DNA of 64,000 nucleotides, taken from NCBI RefSeq assembly GCF_009914755.1, contig NC_060931.1. One strand, given 5' to 3'. Source of the stretch: the human T2T-CHM13v2.0 reference genome, Homo sapiens. The position numbers and the translations under genes are program-made. The notes below the pieces were generated by a model. That model ran no database searches and had not been told where the DNA came from. It worked only from the letters and a program-made list of their open reading frames with translations. Positions 47,401 to 63,124 of the stretch are shown here, piece by piece (positions within the stretch are counted from its first letter, which is position 1; each line of letters begins with the position of its first letter).

Positions 47401-47749
47401 GGGAAAAAAATGCAGGCTTATCACAAGAAAAAAAAATTACATAAAGTATAAAGTGGAAGTAAATATCTTCTTAGCAGTTTGCCCCATTATCTTCCTGTTC
47501 TATGTGTCACCTCCCTAAACGCCAACTCTCACTTTCTAGGAAAAGCTGCTTTAAAGTCTGTACACATGTAAGGAAATGTTCTTTACATAAACCACATCTG
47601 GCTGTGTTTGTCTGCGTTCATCTTTGCCTCTCTCTCTTTGCCTGGATAAGATCATACTGCATAAACTCTCCTCTAATGGTTTTTTCCTATCTAAAATATG
47701 TATTTTGAAGAGTTTCCCTTATTAGCCTATATATATCTAATTTTTAAAA

Positions 47750-48300
47750 ACTGACTGAATGGTGTGTGATTAGATGTCTATATCTCCCATTGATAGAAAT
47801 GTAGGGTATTTCCATTCGTTTTTACAAATGATACTGCAGTGAGCATTTTTGAGTATAAATCTTTGGGTACTTGTGAGTGAGTTAATTTCTCAGATAAATT
47901 AGGTGGAATTATGAGCCAAAAGTTATGTGTATTTTACATTTTGATAGATATTGACAAATAGCCCTCCAAAAGTTGAACTAATTATCTCCCTATAAACTAA
48001 ACAGCATAGGAAAGTGCCTGTTTTCCCAACACCTTCAACGCTAAGCATTATAAAATTTCTACTTATAGCCATGTAGTAGATGAAAATATTGAAAATATTT
48101 TAATTTACATATATTCAATTCTGAATGAGGTTAAACATAGATTTTATATGACTATTCACTGTTTGTATTTATTTACAATGCACTGCTTGTTCATTTCCAT
48201 GCTCAATTTTAATGGTGTTTACTTTGAGGAAAAAAAAACACCTATATGGAAAAGCCCTGAATTATATGTAATTCCCTCTTTCTACACCTTTTCTGCTATA
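47750..48300 (-). mobile_element. Old L1ME fragment
   Basis: ttgatagatattgacaaatagccctccaaaagttg...gtgcctgttttccc. Confidence 0.55.
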
Positions 48301-48342
48301 ATTTGAAAGTTAGCTTTGGTCAGTTTTTTCACTGTCACTGTT

Positions 48343-48546
48343 TCTTTCCTCCCTCTCCTCCCTCTCCTCCCTTCCTCCCTTCCTCCTTTCCTTTCTTCCT
48401 TCCTTCCTTGACAGGGTCTTGCTATATTGCCCAGGCTGGAGTGCAGTGGCTATTCACAGGTGTGATCCTAGTGCACTACAGCTTTGAACTCCTGTCTCAG
48501 CCTCCTTAGCCGCTGGGAGTACAGGTGCATGCCACTGCACCCAGTG
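48343..48546 (-). mobile_element. FAM (fossil Alu monomer) with CT-rich tail
   Basis: 7SL-derived ggctattcacaggtgtgatc segment retained. Confidence 0.75.
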
Positions 48547-48995
48547 CCTTGTTTCTTTTATGATAATCATTTCTCTTTCAATGTTTAACCAGATTCTCCA
48601 CACCTTGACAGCAATTAGGGTGAGGAGGACTAATAGTACTGCCAAAGGCCCCTGATGGTCTTGTTTCAGAGATAATTTTTGTTACAACATTGCTTAGCCC
48701 ATTATGCTTTATAATCTTCTTGTCAGTAACTGTGTGTCCTTGGTATTCATCTTGTTTCTCAGTCATTTCTACTATAGAAAGAATCATATTTTCGAGAATA
48801 ACAAAATGTCTGATACCCTGTTTTCAGGATACCTTCATATACTAACAGACCAAAGTGACTGGACTTGGCCAATTCAGTTACAATGAATCCTATTGAAAAA
48901 TGAACCTGGTTTACCTGAGGGCTAACCATTCAGGAACAACTGTTTATCATGAAGACTTTTTAGTTTAATTTTCAAATAGGAAATGTATTCACGTG

Positions 48996-49030
48996 TGTAT
49001 TAGGTTCTCCAGAGAAGCAGAACCAGTAGG

Positions 49031-49066
<36 letters not shown>

Positions 49067-49582
49067 GGATTATGGGAACTGACTTCATGACTATAGAGGC
49101 TGAGAAGTCCCAGGATGCGCCATCTGCAAGCTGAAGAATGAGGACAGCCAGTGGTGCAATTCAGTCCAATTCCGAGGTCCTGAGAACCAGGGTAGCCAAT
49201 GATGTATCTCTCAGCTGAAGGCATGAGAACATGTGTGTGTGCGTGTGTCTGTGTCTGTGTGTGCGTTGGGGGGTGCAAGTCCTGGAGTCCAAAGGTCCAA
49301 GAACCAAGAGCTTTGATGTCCAAAAACAGGAGAAGATGGATGTTCAGGCTCAAGAATAGAAAAATTCATTCTTCATCCACCTTTCTGTTTTATCCTGGCA
49401 CTCAATAGACTGGATGATGTCCACTCACATAGGTGAGGCTGGATTATCTTTACTCAGTCTACTGATTCAAATGTGAATCTCTTCTGGAAACATCCTCACA
49501 GACACACCCAGAAATAATGTCTTACCAACTATCTGGGCATCCGTTAGCCCAGCCAGGTTGACACATACAATTAACCACCACA
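48996..49582 (-). mobile_element. MLT2 (ERVL) solo LTR
   Basis: tgtattaggttctccagagaagcagaacc...ttaaccaccaca; perfect 5-bp TSD ACGTG (48991-48995 and 49583-49587). Confidence 0.88.
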
Positions 49583-51280
49583 ACGTGGCTCAAAAGTCAA
49601 GAAGTATAAAGAAAACAAAGTGAAAAGGTTTTTTTTTCATCCCCATCCATTATCTTCCAGTTTCCCCACCCTATCTTCATGGAGTTTGTAGTATATTGAA
49701 CAGGTAGACCACCAAGAAATTATAATAAGGTACATTCAGTCTTCTCATTATCAGTAATTTTTTACTACGTTTCTGGGTTCTGGGAGGAGGGTGTTACAGA
49801 ATGCTGAGCTGGGAAGCTTCAATCATGAGATTTTAATATTTATCAATGAAGGGTTTAAAAAGATGGAGAATGAGTTAAAGGAATTAACTGCCACAGAGAA
49901 AAATAAAGTGGTCCCTTGGCCTACATCTTGGAATCTCTATTGCGATAATTGCTATGTGTGTGGCAACTTCCTGGAGGTTACTTATTAAAAATGTACCCTG
50001 AAGTAATTCATATGTGTCATGCTAATGCTCTGTCCACTTCTTACTAAAATGTATGGGTTAAAATTAACAGTAATACTTTTGTCTGGATACTGAATCCAAC
50101 TAAGTAGAAATTACTCATTTCTAAGTTGTAATGTATTGTATATAAATGTAACATTGTTATAATACAATTATATGTATACAATGTAAAAATGTAATATATT
50201 GTGTATATGTACAAATGTACATTTGTTGTGCAATATTGTGCAATATAATTGTAATATTTTCAAGCCCTATATGAAAAAGCTGTTATTTGCATGACTGTAT
50301 CCTATGAATAGTTATGGAAATGAATAAATAAGCTTTTTAGAAACAGTTTACAGAGTCATAAACACTTAAATATTTGCGCCTGAATTTTCTCATCAATTCT
50401 TTAGGTGTTTTCCCCTAAACAAAAGAATCTGTCTTTATTTTTCATGAAATCACTTTTCTATTTTGGCATACATTTCTTTTTCATTTTAAAGTCTGCAATC
50501 TTCATTATATAACCTGCAGGCTATATGAGTGAGGTAATCCACTCTCCCTCTCTGTTGGAGGGAGAATGTTTTCCTGTGCCACTCTGTAATTTGTTTTGCA
50601 ACAATTATTGCTATTTGTAAGCATATCTTGTAATCACAAGATACATGTAGCTGAATTTAGAATCTGTTGAGAACACAGAAGGCAGCAGCAGTGTTTCTAA
50701 ATGTCACTGACTTCATGATTTTAACTAATAAAATTTTTAAAGATTCAAATGCATCAACCCAAATCATCCATTTCTGAAATGTATTTTAGATAAATCCCTT
50801 GAAGTGTTCTTTTGTTGCAAATGGGTGTCATTATGCATTAGTTTCTTTCTCCAAATCCCTGCAATCCCCTAACCTAATTTCCAATAAGACAATCTATCAG
50901 ACAATTTATCTCTAGTTCCTGTGTTTTAAAATTATGGAAGCTAAATGTTGTGTTCCAGATTGTTTAGGGAGTCATACCTAGAAGCATTTTGTGCCTTATA
51001 CTTCTTTCTACTCTTTTGATTAAGAAAACATAAATGTGTATATAACTGGTATATTTTCCAATTATTTTAGGTGAACGTCGCAAATGTATTTTGGCCCTTT
51101 TGCGGGGGCCTAGTTTTCCTTTTAAAAAGTACCAACCATTCAACTTTGAATAACAGATTATACAGTGGAGCATTATTTTTTTGAAAAATAAATTATCTTA
51201 GGTAGAATTTTAGAGTTTGTATATACTCATCATTTATTTTCCCTGTACTGCTTAAAATGTATTCTTAAATTTGTATGTTG

Positions 51281-51640
<360 letters not shown>

Positions 51641-51829
51641 TTATTGCTATTGAAATGTTATTTTTATTTTCCTTGAAAAGGGATAAAGTGGGATATTAGT
51701 GCCAATTTTGGCAGATGAGTGGTCTGGTGACAAATAACACAGTAATAAATTGATTGCCCCCTTATATCTCCACTGGTAACTGAAGTTTACATTTGACAAA
51801 GAAGATAGAAGCCTTTGCAGCTGCCTTAA

Positions 51830-52159
<330 letters not shown>

Positions 52160-54436
52160 ATAAATATATATGTGTTACCTTGAGTTGTTTTCATGACTTA
52201 CTTACACTGTGGAGAGTGAAGGAAATTGCTCAGTGGGTCAATTCCTTGAGGTCACCGAGTCCCAACAGAAATAGTCCACAAATTCCCCTGGTTTAGAGGC
52301 AATGATTTCTAATTCCTAGGTCCCCACTTGGTCCACCGTATGTTCATCTGGAAAACATTTAGTCATTTCCAAGGAGATTCTAAAATGAGGCAACCCGTGG
52401 TCAACTGTCTGCCTTTCATAACAGGTCAATCAAATATATGACCAACAAAGACATACATTTCTGAGCCATATGGAAAAAATAATTGACTAAATGGGACCCT
52501 GATCACTTAAAAGAATAGATGCGTGTCTTAAAAAGAAAATGTATTCTCTCATCAGTTCCAATATTTTCATAACATTTAAAGCTCTCAAATGCTAAATAAA
52601 AATATGAAAACATTTGAGTGAAATGTGGCACTGTTTCTGATTTTCTGTAAGGTTATGATAAATTTACTTGACACAATTTAACTTTAAATGATCATGTCGT
52701 GTTAAGCAGAATTAAATTAATGAAAATAAATGTCACCATCTAAATAATAAATATTTCCTAATTGAGTAGCTAAGGTAAAAATAATGCTAAATTATCTAGT
52801 TTTTTAATTAGTAATTATTCAACAGAAGATTTCTCCCTGCTAATTATCTTTCAAGATTCAGATGAAAAGATACTAAGATCTTTTAACAAAACCATTCATT
52901 TAAGCCCATTATTAAACAGACTATATTACCTTAACATTTTATGTTATGAAATTCTCACAGTCAAAATCATTGGCTTGTTTTCCTGGGTAATATTTCAAAC
53001 TCCTGTGAAAAATGAATAGTTGCTTAGAAAAGGGGGCTAATTAAGTCATAGTGTCATTTACGGCATTGCCCAAAACTGTCACTCTGCTCACATATTTTCC
53101 TTCAACTTACAGGCCTCGCTATTTTCTGATAACTGTTTGGAAGTTTTCTGAATTTTGCATCTTGAATACCTCACTGTTGTTCTTTATCTGCCCACCGAAG
53201 AGACAATCATGTTGAAATTGCATTTTTTAATATGCAAAAGCCACAGTATTTGTCTAAAATTTACATTCTGTAATATGTAGGGAAACAATAGTATGCAAAC
53301 TACAGTTTTATCCTTGCAATCAATATGAATGTATTACACTATAAATTGTTTATGGCCTACACTTCTGGCCTTCATTAGCCATCTCAAAATGTCATGCTGT
53401 AGGTCAAATGGGGTCATAAAGAACATAAGTGGCTTACCTCAAACCAACATCACTATTAGAAAGTAACTTAAAACACATGCTTTGTTGGTATTTTAGATTT
53501 AACATCATCTTCTTAGGAAAGATAACCTGTGGTTCCAGAATTATTAATTTTTTTAGCAACCTATCAGTATCAAATTCTATGCAAATTAAATAAGAAACCA
53601 AATTGGAGTTTCACTAAATAGAACCTACAGAATTTGCTTGTTGTTAATGCTGGTGGATTTCTTTGAAACCTTAGACTAGTTAAATATTAAATAGCTAGTA
53701 AGAGTGGAGACATTTCTAGAGATTATACTAGACAGCTGTCGACTGAGATTTCATAGGGCAGATTTTAGACCTTATTTGTATCTCCAGTAGTTAGCCCAGG
53801 ATTTTTACTCAAAGTGCTTGTTAAATAATATAATGCATATTAAATTAATACCTTAAAAAGACAACCTCACTCTAGAAAAACAAAAGACAACCTCAAAATT
53901 CTATAAATTTAGTAATAATACTAGGTGATCATTCAGAGCACTTAACTCACCTTATGAAGAGGTGCTTTTGGAGTTGTGTTCAATTTTGTCACCTTCAGAT
54001 GAAAATAAAAGTGAACACTGGAAGAACATCTGTAAAATTACAGCTAAAGACAACCACATTGTAGTTCATCATTCATTCCCTACATTAGATTGTGCTTGAT
54101 ATTTCTTCAAAAATTCAATGTTAGTAAAAAGTTTGATTGTCCTGGTGAATTTAATGATATTAAAACTCTATAACCTATTGTTCTTTTCCTTTCTTAGCTT
54201 CCCAGGAAGACTCGGGGCTAAATTCAATGCCTAATTATATTTTCTATATTAGTTTGGGTGTTTTTGTAGTTAGCATTTCCTTTTCTCAATGTTTCCCTTT
54301 TTATTTTTATAGTTTAATCCTTTTTAGAAATGTGTGCTGTATATTATGAATTAATGTCAGTTTTTTATTCTTAATCCTCATTTTTCAATTGTTTGTTTTT
54401 GAGCTTTCAAAACACATTGTTCACTACTCCTTGAAA

Positions 54437-54737
54437 CTTTTTTTTTTTTTTTTTTTGAGACAGAGTTTTGCTCTGTTGCCCAGGCTGCTGTGCACTGGCA
54501 CAATCTCGGCTCACTGCAGCCTCCGTCTCCCGAGTTCAATGAATTCTCATGCCTCAGCCTCCCGAATAGCTGGGATTATAGGTGTGCACCACCATGCCCA
54601 CCTAATTTTTTGCATTTTTAGTAGAGGCAGGGTTTCTCCATGTTGCCCAGGCTGATCTCAAACTCCTGGACTCAAGTGATCCAACTGCCTTAGCCTTTCA
54701 AAGTGCTGGGATTACAGGTGTGACCCACCACACCAGC
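54437..54737 (-). mobile_element. Alu
   Basis: Full Alu in reverse; TSD tgaaact. Confidence 0.93.
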
Positions 54738-54959
54738 TGAAACTCTCTCTTCCTTGCCTTTCACTATATTCTTTCAGTCAACAAATATTTATTGAATACT
54801 TAATTGTTGTCAGGCACTGTTGTGATTCCTCTCCCAATTCAATGATCCTCTTCCTCATCCCACTTACTCTCAATTCTGCCCCATAAATGGTGCAGGTCCA
54901 CCAAGGTTCTGTCATTTATTTTATGATGTTCTCAATTCTGCACTCTGTGCCTTGATTTA

Positions 54960-55567
<608 letters not shown>

Positions 55568-55813
55568 CTTAAACTTTTCCTACTTTAAATATATTAAGCA
55601 AATTTTGTCTCGAATCTGTCTGGTCCTACATTTCCAAATACCTTCTAGACATCTTTACAAAAGGACCTATCAAATACTTTAATTTGTACCAAAGCAAATG
55701 TATTGCCTTCTAACCCACTGATCTCTTTCTTGGTTGTCATTCTGTTTAACTCTTTAGCATCATCACTGAATCCTATGGAATCCATCATAATAGTTCTTGA
55801 ACTCCTTGCCTCC

Positions 55814-56878
55814 TATCACCCGCCCCAATATTCACGTAGGTTCTTTTCTATTTTCCCTAAGCTTCGGCCAGCTTGAGAAATAAAGGGACCGAGTACAAAA
55901 GAGAAATTTTAAAGCCGGGCATCCAGGGGAGACATCACATGTTGGTAGGTTCCATGATGCCCCCCAAGCCGCAAAAACCAGCAAGTTTTTATTAGGGATT
56001 TTCAAAAGGGGAGGGAGTGTGTGAATAGGTGTGGGTCACAGACATCACGTACTTTACAAGGTAACAGAATATCGCAAGGCAAGTGGAGGCAGGGTGAGAT
56101 CACAGGACCACAGGACCGGGGTGAAATTAAAATTGCTAATGAAGTTTCGGGCACCATTGTCATTGACAACATCTTATCAGGAGACAGGGTTTTGAGAGCA
56201 ACTGGTCTGACCAAAAATTTATTAGGCAGGAATTTCCTCTTCCTAATAAGCCTGGGAGCACTATGGGAGACTGGGGTCTATTTCACCCCTACAGCCTCGA
56301 CCATAAGAGACGGGCACACCTAGGGTGGCCGTTTATAGGCCTATACCCCCAGGCGCATATTCTCTCTCCCAGGCATGTTCCTTGCTGAGAAAAAGAATTC
56401 AGCGATACTTCTCCCATTTGCTTTTGAAAGAAGAGAAATATGGCTCTGTTCAGCCCAGCTCACAGGTGGTCAGAGTTTAGGGTTATCTCTCTTATTCCCT
56501 GAACAATTGCTGTTATCCTGTTCTTTTTTCAAGGTGCCCAGATTTCATATTGCTCAAACACACATGCTCTACAATTTGTGCAGTTAATGCAATTATCACT
56601 TGGTCTTGAGGCAACATACATCTTCCTCAGCTGACAGGATTAAGAGATTAAAGTAAAGACAGGCATAGGAAATCACAAGGGTATTGGTTGGGGAAGTGAT
56701 AAGTGTCCATGAAATCTTCACAATTTACGTTTAGAGATTGCAGTAAAGACAGGCATAAGAAATTATAAAAGTATTAATTTGGGGAACTAATAAATGTCCA
56801 TGAAATCTTCACAATCCATGTTCTTCTGCCATGGCTTCAGCCGGTCCCTCCGTTTGGGGTCCCTGACCTCCCGCAACA
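55814..56878 (-). mobile_element. MER11 (HERV-K11/HML8) solo LTR
   Basis: Right end is the reverse of TGTTGCGGGAgGTCAGGGACCCCAAACGGAGGGACCGGCTGAAGCCATGGCAGAAGAAC; about 1.06 kb; internal ~90-bp tandem unit. Confidence 0.88.
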
Positions 56879-57176
56879 ATTGTCACAGTTCTGACAATGG
56901 TGCAGGCCTTCATTACCTCTCCTCTCAGTTTTGTGACTTCTCAAACTAGGCTAGATAGGCTAATTTATTCATGCACTATGTTAGACATTGGCAAATACCA
57001 ATAAGGCAGGCTTAACTTCAGGTTCCCCATTTATAGGGACCTCTTCTTAGTGGGGAAGGCTAATTAAAGGATTAAATAAATTAGGGAACGTTTGGTACAA
57101 TGGGCTATTTTGCAACCATTAAAGACAATGAGATTATTCTATATGTCAGTTGCCAAGACATATTAAGAAAAAACGC

Positions 57177-57650
<474 letters not shown>

Positions 57651-57974
57651 CTAGTTGATCACTCAGAGTATTTACCTCACCTTATGAAGAGATGCTTTCA
57701 GAGTTGTGTTTAATTTTGTCACTTCTAGATGAAAATAAAAGTGACCATTTGAAGAACATCTGTAAAATTACAACTAAAGACAACCATATTGTAGTTCACC
57801 ACTGACAGCACTGTCTCTGGAAAGACAATGTGGACTTTATTTTCTGATTTTTCCTTTTTTAGTGTTGTAAGTTTTAAAAGAATATGTATTTTAATCTGAA
57901 AAGGGATTATCAAATTAAATGTGATGAGAGATATGAATAAATAAATATAATGAAGAAAGGAATATAACACGAAG

Positions 57975-58272
<298 letters not shown>

Positions 58273-58491
58273 AGGTGGAAATATAGCACAAAGTAACTAA
58301 CTCAGGCTAAGTTATGAAAATCTTAGAAAATGCTTTCCTTTGAGTACAGCAACAGACATTCCAATCAGAGCAAACAGCAGATTCGGTGGTACTCATTTCT
58401 TAAAGGGTACAGTGTGTCTGGGAACAGCAGATTGGGTGCTGGAGAGTAGCTTCAAGGGGAAACCAGATTTGACACTGATGTTAGATATGGA

Positions 58492-59593
58492 AGATAGTGA
58501 AAAGGACTGGAGATAGTCAAGTGTTTCTGGGCAACTGGGTGGCTTATGGTAGCTTTAAAAGAAACAGGGCTAATCAAAACCACAGTGAGATGCTACTTCA
58601 GAGCCATTAGTGCAGTTATAATAAAAATAAGTCAGTGAAGGGTTTCAACTTTTGGTAATATGGACCTGCTCTAGTCAGTGGAGAGCCTCTGGAGGTTGTT
58701 GATTTTTAAATAAAATACTTTTTTTTTATTTTGGAGTAATTTTAGATTTGCAGAAAAGTTACAAAGATAGTACAGAGAGTTATCATATAAGCCCTCAACC
58801 AGTTTGTCTCCCTTAATGTTATCTTACGTTATCATGGTATATTTGTCAAAACTAAGAAACCAACATTGGTAAATTATTATTACCTGAATGCCAGTCTTCA
58901 TTCAGATTTCACCGGTTTTTCCATTAGTGTGCTTTTTCTTTTCCAGGAGCCAGTAGAGGATCCCACATAACATTTAGTTGTCTTGGTCTCTGTAATCTCC
59001 TCACTCTGAGTTTCTCTTCTCAGTCTTTCCTTGTTTTTCATGAACTTGACAGTTTTGAGGGGTACTGATCAGAAAGTTTGTCGAATATCCCTCAATTTGG
59101 GTTTGTCTGACATTTTCTCATTATTAGACTGGAGGTACGGGTTTTAGAAAAATTATCACACAGGTATTTTTATCACATTATTTTAGAGGACACATCACTG
59201 CTGATGTTAACCTTGATCACTTCATTTAGGATGTTTGCTAGGTTTTTCCACTGTAAGCTTCCCAGAAAGCTTTTCCTTTCCATGCTTCTCAGGCTTTTAA
59301 GCTTTACATTATATTACAAGCAGTGTTTAATGCGATTTTTTTGGCTGGGTGATGGGAAGAGGGTGGAAAAAAGAAGGTCAGTTACATAGCTAAGGTTGTC
59401 GTAATAATTCAAGTGACAGAGGACAAGCACTTGGACTTCTAGTGGCTATAGTAGATAGTAAAATGGATTGGAGATATTCAAGTGTTTCTGGGCAACTGGG
59501 TGGCTTACGGTAGCTTTAAGAGAAACAGGGTAAGTCAAAACCACAGTGAGATACCACTTTATACCCATTAGGAAAGTTATAATAAAAAGTCAG
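58492..59593 (+). repeat. Direct duplication of about 143 bp (58492-58635 and 59453-59593)
   Basis: Manual alignment, about 85% identity. Confidence 0.9.
58720..59290 (-). mobile_element. L1MC-type 3' end
   Basis: taattttagatttgcagaaaagttacaaagatagtacagagagt. Confidence 0.7.
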
Positions 59594-60280
59594 ATAATAA
59601 GAAGTGATGGTGAGGATGCAGAAAAATTAGAATCCATATACACTGCTGATGGGAATGTAAAATGGTGTGGCCACTTTGGAAAACAGTCAGGCAGTTACTC
59701 AAAAAATTGAACATTTTACTATTTGATGCAGCAATTCCACTTTTAGGTACATACTTGAGAAATAGAAACACAGGTACACATAAAAATGTATACGCGCATC
59801 TTCATAATGGCATTACTCATTATAACCAAATGGCAGAAACTACCCAAATGTCCATCAATTGATGAATGAACAAAATGTGGTATATCTTATTCAGCCATAA
59901 AAAGGGTGGAAACACTAACATGCTATGTTACAACACAGATGAACTTTGAAAATGCTATGCTAAGTGAAAGAAGCCAATCACAAAAGACCACATATTATGA
60001 TTCCATTTGTATGACATGTCCAGAATGGAGACAAATCTAGAGACAGAAAGTAGATTAATAGTTGCTTAGCACTGGGGGAGTGGGTGGATGGTGGAGGGAT
60101 CAGGCTATGACAGGGCAAATGGTATGAGGTTTCCTTTTGGGGTGATGAAAATGTTTTCAAATTGATTATGGTGATGGTTATACAACCCTGAATACACTAA
60201 AAGCCATAGAATTGTACACTTGAATTTCGTAAATTGTGTGATATGTAAATTACATCTCAATGAAATTATTACCAAAAAAA
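59535..60280 (+). mobile_element. L1MB/ME-type 3' end
   Basis: caaaaccacagtgagataccac...gggtgatgaaaatgtt...tacatctcaatgaa. Confidence 0.8.
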
Positions 60281-60561
60281 TCTGTAACACATGGCAGGGG
60301 AACCATACTTGTTCAAACTACACTCATTCAAATTAAAGTGCTGGTGGGACACCCAGGTGGAGCAGCTGAAAACTTAGGTTGGGGCTAGAGATATGGCACC
60401 ACAAATCATTAGCATAAAGGATTCACTCAGTAGAAAACAAGGTAATTCATTTAGTCCAATTTACTAAATATAGTAGCTGAAGGGAAGGTTTCAAGCAGGG
60501 CAACTTCAACATTTAATAGCACTGAATTTTCAGGGGTTAACACAGAACTGAGGACTGACTC

Positions 60562-63060
60562 TGATATGGTTTGGCTCTGTCTCCCCACTCAAATCTCATC
60601 TCAAACTGTAATCTCCATGTGTTGAGGACAGAGGTGATTGACTCATGGGGGTGGTTTCCCCCATGCTGTTCTCATGCTAACAAGTGAGTTCTCAAGAGAT
60701 CTGATGGTTTTATAAGGCAGTTTTCCCTGCTCTTGCTTGCTCTCTCTCTCCTGCTGCCTTGTGAAGGTGTCTGCTTCTCCTTCTGCCATGATTATAAGCT
60801 TCCTGAGACCTATCCAGCCATGTGGTACTGTAAGTCAGTTAAACCTCCCTTGTTTATAAATTACCCATTCTTGGGTAGTATAATATCTTTATAGCAGTGT
60901 GAAAATGGACTCATACAGTTAACTGGTACCAGAAGTGGGGTACTGCTATAAAGATATAGAAAATACGGAAGTGACTTTGGAACTGGGTAATGGGCAGAGT
61001 TTGAAATAGTTGGAGGGCTCAGAAGAAGAAAGGAAGATGTGGAAATGTTTAGAACTTCCTAGAGACTTGTTGAATGGTTTTGACCAAAATGCTGATAGTG
61101 ATATGGACAATGAAGTCCAGGCGGAGGTGGTCTCAGATGGAGATGAGAAACTTATTGGGAACTGGAGCAAAGGTCAGTCTTACCATGCTTTAGCAAAGAG
61201 ACTGGCAGCATTTTGCCCCTGCTTTAGAAATCTGTGGAACTTTGAACTTGAGAGAGATAATCTGAAATTGGAACTTATGTTTAAAAGGGAAGCAGAGCAT
61301 AAGGTTTGGAAAATTTGCAGTGTGACTAAGAGATGGAAAAGAAAACCCATTTTCTGGGATGAAATTCTAGCAAGCTGCAGAAATTTGCATAAGTAATGAG
61401 GAGCCAAATGTTAATTGCCAAGACAATGTGGAAAATATCTCCAGGGCATGTCAGAAATCTTGGTGGCAACCCCTCCTATCACAGGCCTGGAGACCTAAGA
61501 GGAAAAAAATGGTTTCCTGTGCAGGGCCAGGTGCCCGCTGCTATGTGCAGCCTCAGAACTTGGTGCCCTGCATCCCAGACTTTCCAGCCCCAGACACAGC
61601 TAAAAGGGGCCAAGGTATAGCTTGGGCTGTTGCTTCCAAGGGTGCAAGCCCAAAGCCTTGGCAGCTTCCACATGGTGTTGGGCCTGCAGGTGCACAGAAT
61701 TCAAGAGTTGAGGTTTGGGAACCGCCACCTAGATTTCACAGGATGTATGGAAATACCTGGATGTCCATGCAGAAGTCTGCTGCAGGGGCAGAGCCCTCAT
61801 GGAGAACCTCTGCTAGGGTATTGCATTAGGGAAATGTGGGATTGGAGCCCCCACAAAGAGTATCCACTGGGGCACACCTAGTGGAGCTGTGAGATGAGGG
61901 CTACCATCCTCCAGACCCCAGAATGGTAGCTCCACTGATAGCTTGCACCTTGTGCCTGGAAAAGCCAAGGACACTCAGTGTCAGCCTGTGAAGGAGCTGC
62001 CCAAGGCCATGGGAGCCCACCCCTTGCATCAGCATGCCCACGATGTGAGACATGAAGTCAAAGGAGATTATTTTGGAGCTTTAATAGTTAACGACTGCCC
62101 TGCTGGATTTTGGACTTGCATGGGGCTATGGGGTTTTGGTCAATTTGTCCCATTTGGAATGGGAGCATTTATCTGATACCTGTACCACCACTGTATTTAG
62201 AAAGTAACTAACTTCCTTTTGATTGTACAGGCTCATAGGTGGAAGGGATTGCACTTGCCTTACCTCAGATAAGACTTTGGACTGTGGACTTTTGAGTTAA
62301 TGCTGAAATGAGTTAAGGCATGGGGGGCTGTTGGGAGGGAAGGCATGATTGGTTTTGAAATGTGAAAAGACATGAAATTTGAGAGAGGCCAGGGGCAGAA
62401 TGATACGGCTTGCTCTGTATCCCCAACCAAATCTCATCTTGAATTGTAATACCCATTATCCCCATTTGTCAAGGGAGAGAGACCAGGTGGAGGTAACTAA
62501 CTATATCATAGAACGGTTCTCCCATGCTGTTCTCATGATAGTGAGTGAGTTCACAATGAGATCTGCTGGGTTTTTTTGTTTGTTTGTTTTGAGATGGATT
62601 CTTGCTCTGTCAGTAAGCGGGATCTCAGCTTACTGTAACCTCTGCCTCCTGGGTTCAAGCGATTTTCCTTCCTCAGCCTCCTGAGTAGCTGCACGCACCA
62701 CCATGCCCAGCTTTTTGTATTTTTTTGTAGAGATGAGGTTTTGCCATGTTGGGAAGGCTGGTCTTGAACGTCTGACCACAAATGATCCATCCACCTCGGC
62801 CTCCCAAAGTGCTAGGATTATAGGAGTGAGCCACTGTGCTCAGCTGATCTGATGGTTTTATAAGGCAGTTTTCCCTGCTCTTGCTCTCTCTCTCTCTCCT
62901 GCTGCCTTGTGAAGGTGCCTGCTTCCCCTTCCACCATGACTGTAAGTTTCCTGAGGCCTCCCCAGCCATGTGGAATTGTGAGTCAATTAAGCCTCCTTTG
63001 TTTACAAATTACCCATTCTCGGGGATCATCTTTATAGTAGTGTGAAAATGGATTAATGTA
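60562..63060 (+). mobile_element. Complete THE1D-like MaLR provirus: 5' LTR 60562-60917, internal 60918-62400, 3' LTR 62401-63060 (with an Alu at about 62571-62845, minus)
   Basis: LTRs start tgatatggtttggctctgt and end ...ggactcataca / ggattaatgta; perfect 5-bp TSD GACTC (60557-60561 and 63061-63065); Alu TSD gatctg(c/a)tgg. Confidence 0.9.
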
Positions 63061-63124
63061 GACTCCTCTGGCATTCAAGACAACACTGTTATTGAGACTG
63101 ACTGATGTCTCTCCTCATTTTCAA

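Noticed and set aside
49033-49265. (CA)n and (GT)n tracts in inverted arrangement
   Set aside because: Simple-repeat expansions within the MLT2 LTR; no evidence of function.
50130-50258. AT-rich quasi-palindromic tract (caatattg, tgtaca repeats)
   Set aside because: Low-complexity sequence; no defined unit or stable long stem could be supported.
56653-56818. ~90-bp tandem repeat resembling an array
   Set aside because: Internal feature of the MER11 LTR; no spacer structure; not CRISPR-like.
61010-62176. Overlapping ORFs of 75-133 aa
   Set aside because: Degenerate MaLR internal sequence, fragmented across frames.
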